The notes beneath the pieces are model-generated. The model was given only the letters and a program-made list of their open reading frames with translations, searched no databases and had not been told where the DNA came from. 64,000 nucleotides of DNA, taken from Squalus acanthias. Its lineage: Eukaryota. Both the position numbers and the translations under genes were made by a program. Position 1 is the first letter of the stretch; every line of letters begins with the position of its first letter. Shown piece after piece: positions 62,405 to 64,000 of the stretch. The stretch spans positions 113,214,001 through 113,278,000 of the forward strand of contig CM059432.1 of assembly GCA_030390025.1 (NCBI GenBank). Reading direction: 5' to 3'.

Positions 62405-63420
62405 ACACCTTTGAGTTAGAAGGTTGTTGTTTCAAACCCCACTCTAGGACTTGAGGATGTAATATTGCCTGACACTTCAGTGCAATACTAAAGGAGTGCT
62501 GCATTGTCAGACAGGCCGTCCTTTGGATGAATCGGTAAACTGAGACTCCGTCTGTCTCAGATTCAGGTGGTTCAGGTCGATGTAAAAGATCCCATTCTAG
62601 TATTCGAAGAAGACTCAGCAGCTGTCCTGGTGCCAGGCCCACATTCCTCACTAAACCAACACCAAAAGACGTTCAGCTGACATCCATCTTGTTGGCATCT
62701 GGAACTCGGTTAATTTCGCTTCTGAAAGGTGTTCATGTTTAGTTCATTCAATATGGGGGAAAAACGGTGGTTGGCATCATTAGAGTGAGAGAGAGAGAGA
62801 TATAGATTTCACTTAGCAACAGCCAGTGTTCAAGATTGAAGTAAGGCCTTGGGATGTTTATAGTGTTGCCATATTGTAAACATCCCACCACATACCATTG
62901 CAACCTTCGCAGGGGGATGCTGAAGTACAGATCGGTTGAAGGGCAGTACATTGAATGTAAACTACTGGACGGTGCATTTGACTGGAGACTACCAAATAAG
63001 GCCAGGCCACTTCCAGTTTGATAAAGAAAATAGTGTATAAGAAAGAAGCTTTTGTGTTAAGTTTGGAGAAGAGAGAGAGAAACCTTTCTTGGGTGCAAGC
63101 CTACACTCGGAACTGGTGATGAAACTCCGCTTGTAAACTGCGATATACTCTGAAGCAGTTATACTCTGCTTTTAGATTGTTTTTATGTTAAAGTAGGAAA
63201 AATAAAGTGATTGTAACCATAAGACTGAATTCTTTACTACTCAACGGAACAACAGAACACTGTTTAAAAACACATCTCATTTGTGGGAGATTGTTGTATG
63301 CAAATTGACTGCTGTGTTAGTCTACATGCCCACGCTTCAGAAAGTAATTCTTTGAATGTGAACACTTTGGGATGTCTGAAGGATGTGATAAGGGGCTATG
63401 TGAAAGCAAATTCTTTCTTT
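62405..63420 (+). mobile_element. Degraded DeuSINE split by a solo LTR
   Basis: Deu core 62490-62660; tail 63278-63420. Confidence 0.65.
62690..63272 (+). mobile_element. Solo LTR
   Basis: TGTT...AACA ends, 5-bp TSD CATCT (62685-89/63273-77), TATAA ~63036, AATAAA ~63201. Confidence 0.75.
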
Positions 63421-64000
63421 AGTTAATCGCTAGCACTTATCTAAATATGAGCAGTATCTCTTGGTGTCTGCAGATCAACAATAAGAGGCTGAACGCCCTG
63501 TAACTTGAACAGTACTTAGCTGATAATTTTTGTCTCTCTCGCTTAAAAAGTAACTTAAGAAGCATCTGAACTATGTTTGGATTAGGAGGAGCCTATGTTA
63601 GGATTAATGGCCATAAGGGGCTAGAGTTCCTGCTTGTTTACGCTAGTAATATCAGTGCAATTCAGGCGCAAAAGGTCGAGGAATTTTAAGCGTAAGTGAG
63701 TTATGCCCAAAAGCACTTACGTTCGTGTTTTCCCCGCTCTTCAACGCTTGTTCAAGGTTCGATTCGCCCGGTTCAGGCCCCGCCCACAAAACCAGGTGGA
63801 TATTGCGAGACTCCGCTGATTGCGCTGCTTTGGGAGTGGTCTTCAAATTACGCTCATTTTCTACGCCACAGAGGCACGTTTTCAAAGATTATTCATATCA
63901 AACAATATATAATTTACTAAGATACTGACTAGTGTACACCAATGAAACTAGTAAATGGTTCAGTGTAGTTTTTTTTCCAAGTCATGTTCAGTGATTTTAA

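Overview
Repeat-dense vertebrate genomic DNA, most likely from a shark or other cartilaginous fish (inferred from the HE1-like V-SINE, SacSINE1-like DeuSINEs and the CR1/L2 families). No intact host gene is evident and there is no CRISPR array or prokaryotic system. Most of the window is nested transposable elements. These include CR1 and L2 LINEs, a second CR1-group LINE family, and Penelope-like (RT + GIY-YIG) retroelements whose termini carry minimal hammerhead ribozymes (5 copies, 2 families, 12-13 bp TSDs). There are also four two-gene PIF/Harbinger transposons (DDE transposase + 3-exon Myb/SANT gene) with several TIR-bounded MITEs, an ERV-like element with a tandemly duplicated tRNA-His PBS, a second LTR element and a solo LTR. 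Removing the insertions at their TSDs leaves a heavily decayed + strand coding remnant (~30.4-44.0 kb) whose motifs run collinear with the first repeat of sacsin (SACS). One piece of it is bracketed by a matched Harbinger-type TIR pair. Family names and protein similarities come from motif recognition and memory, not database searches.
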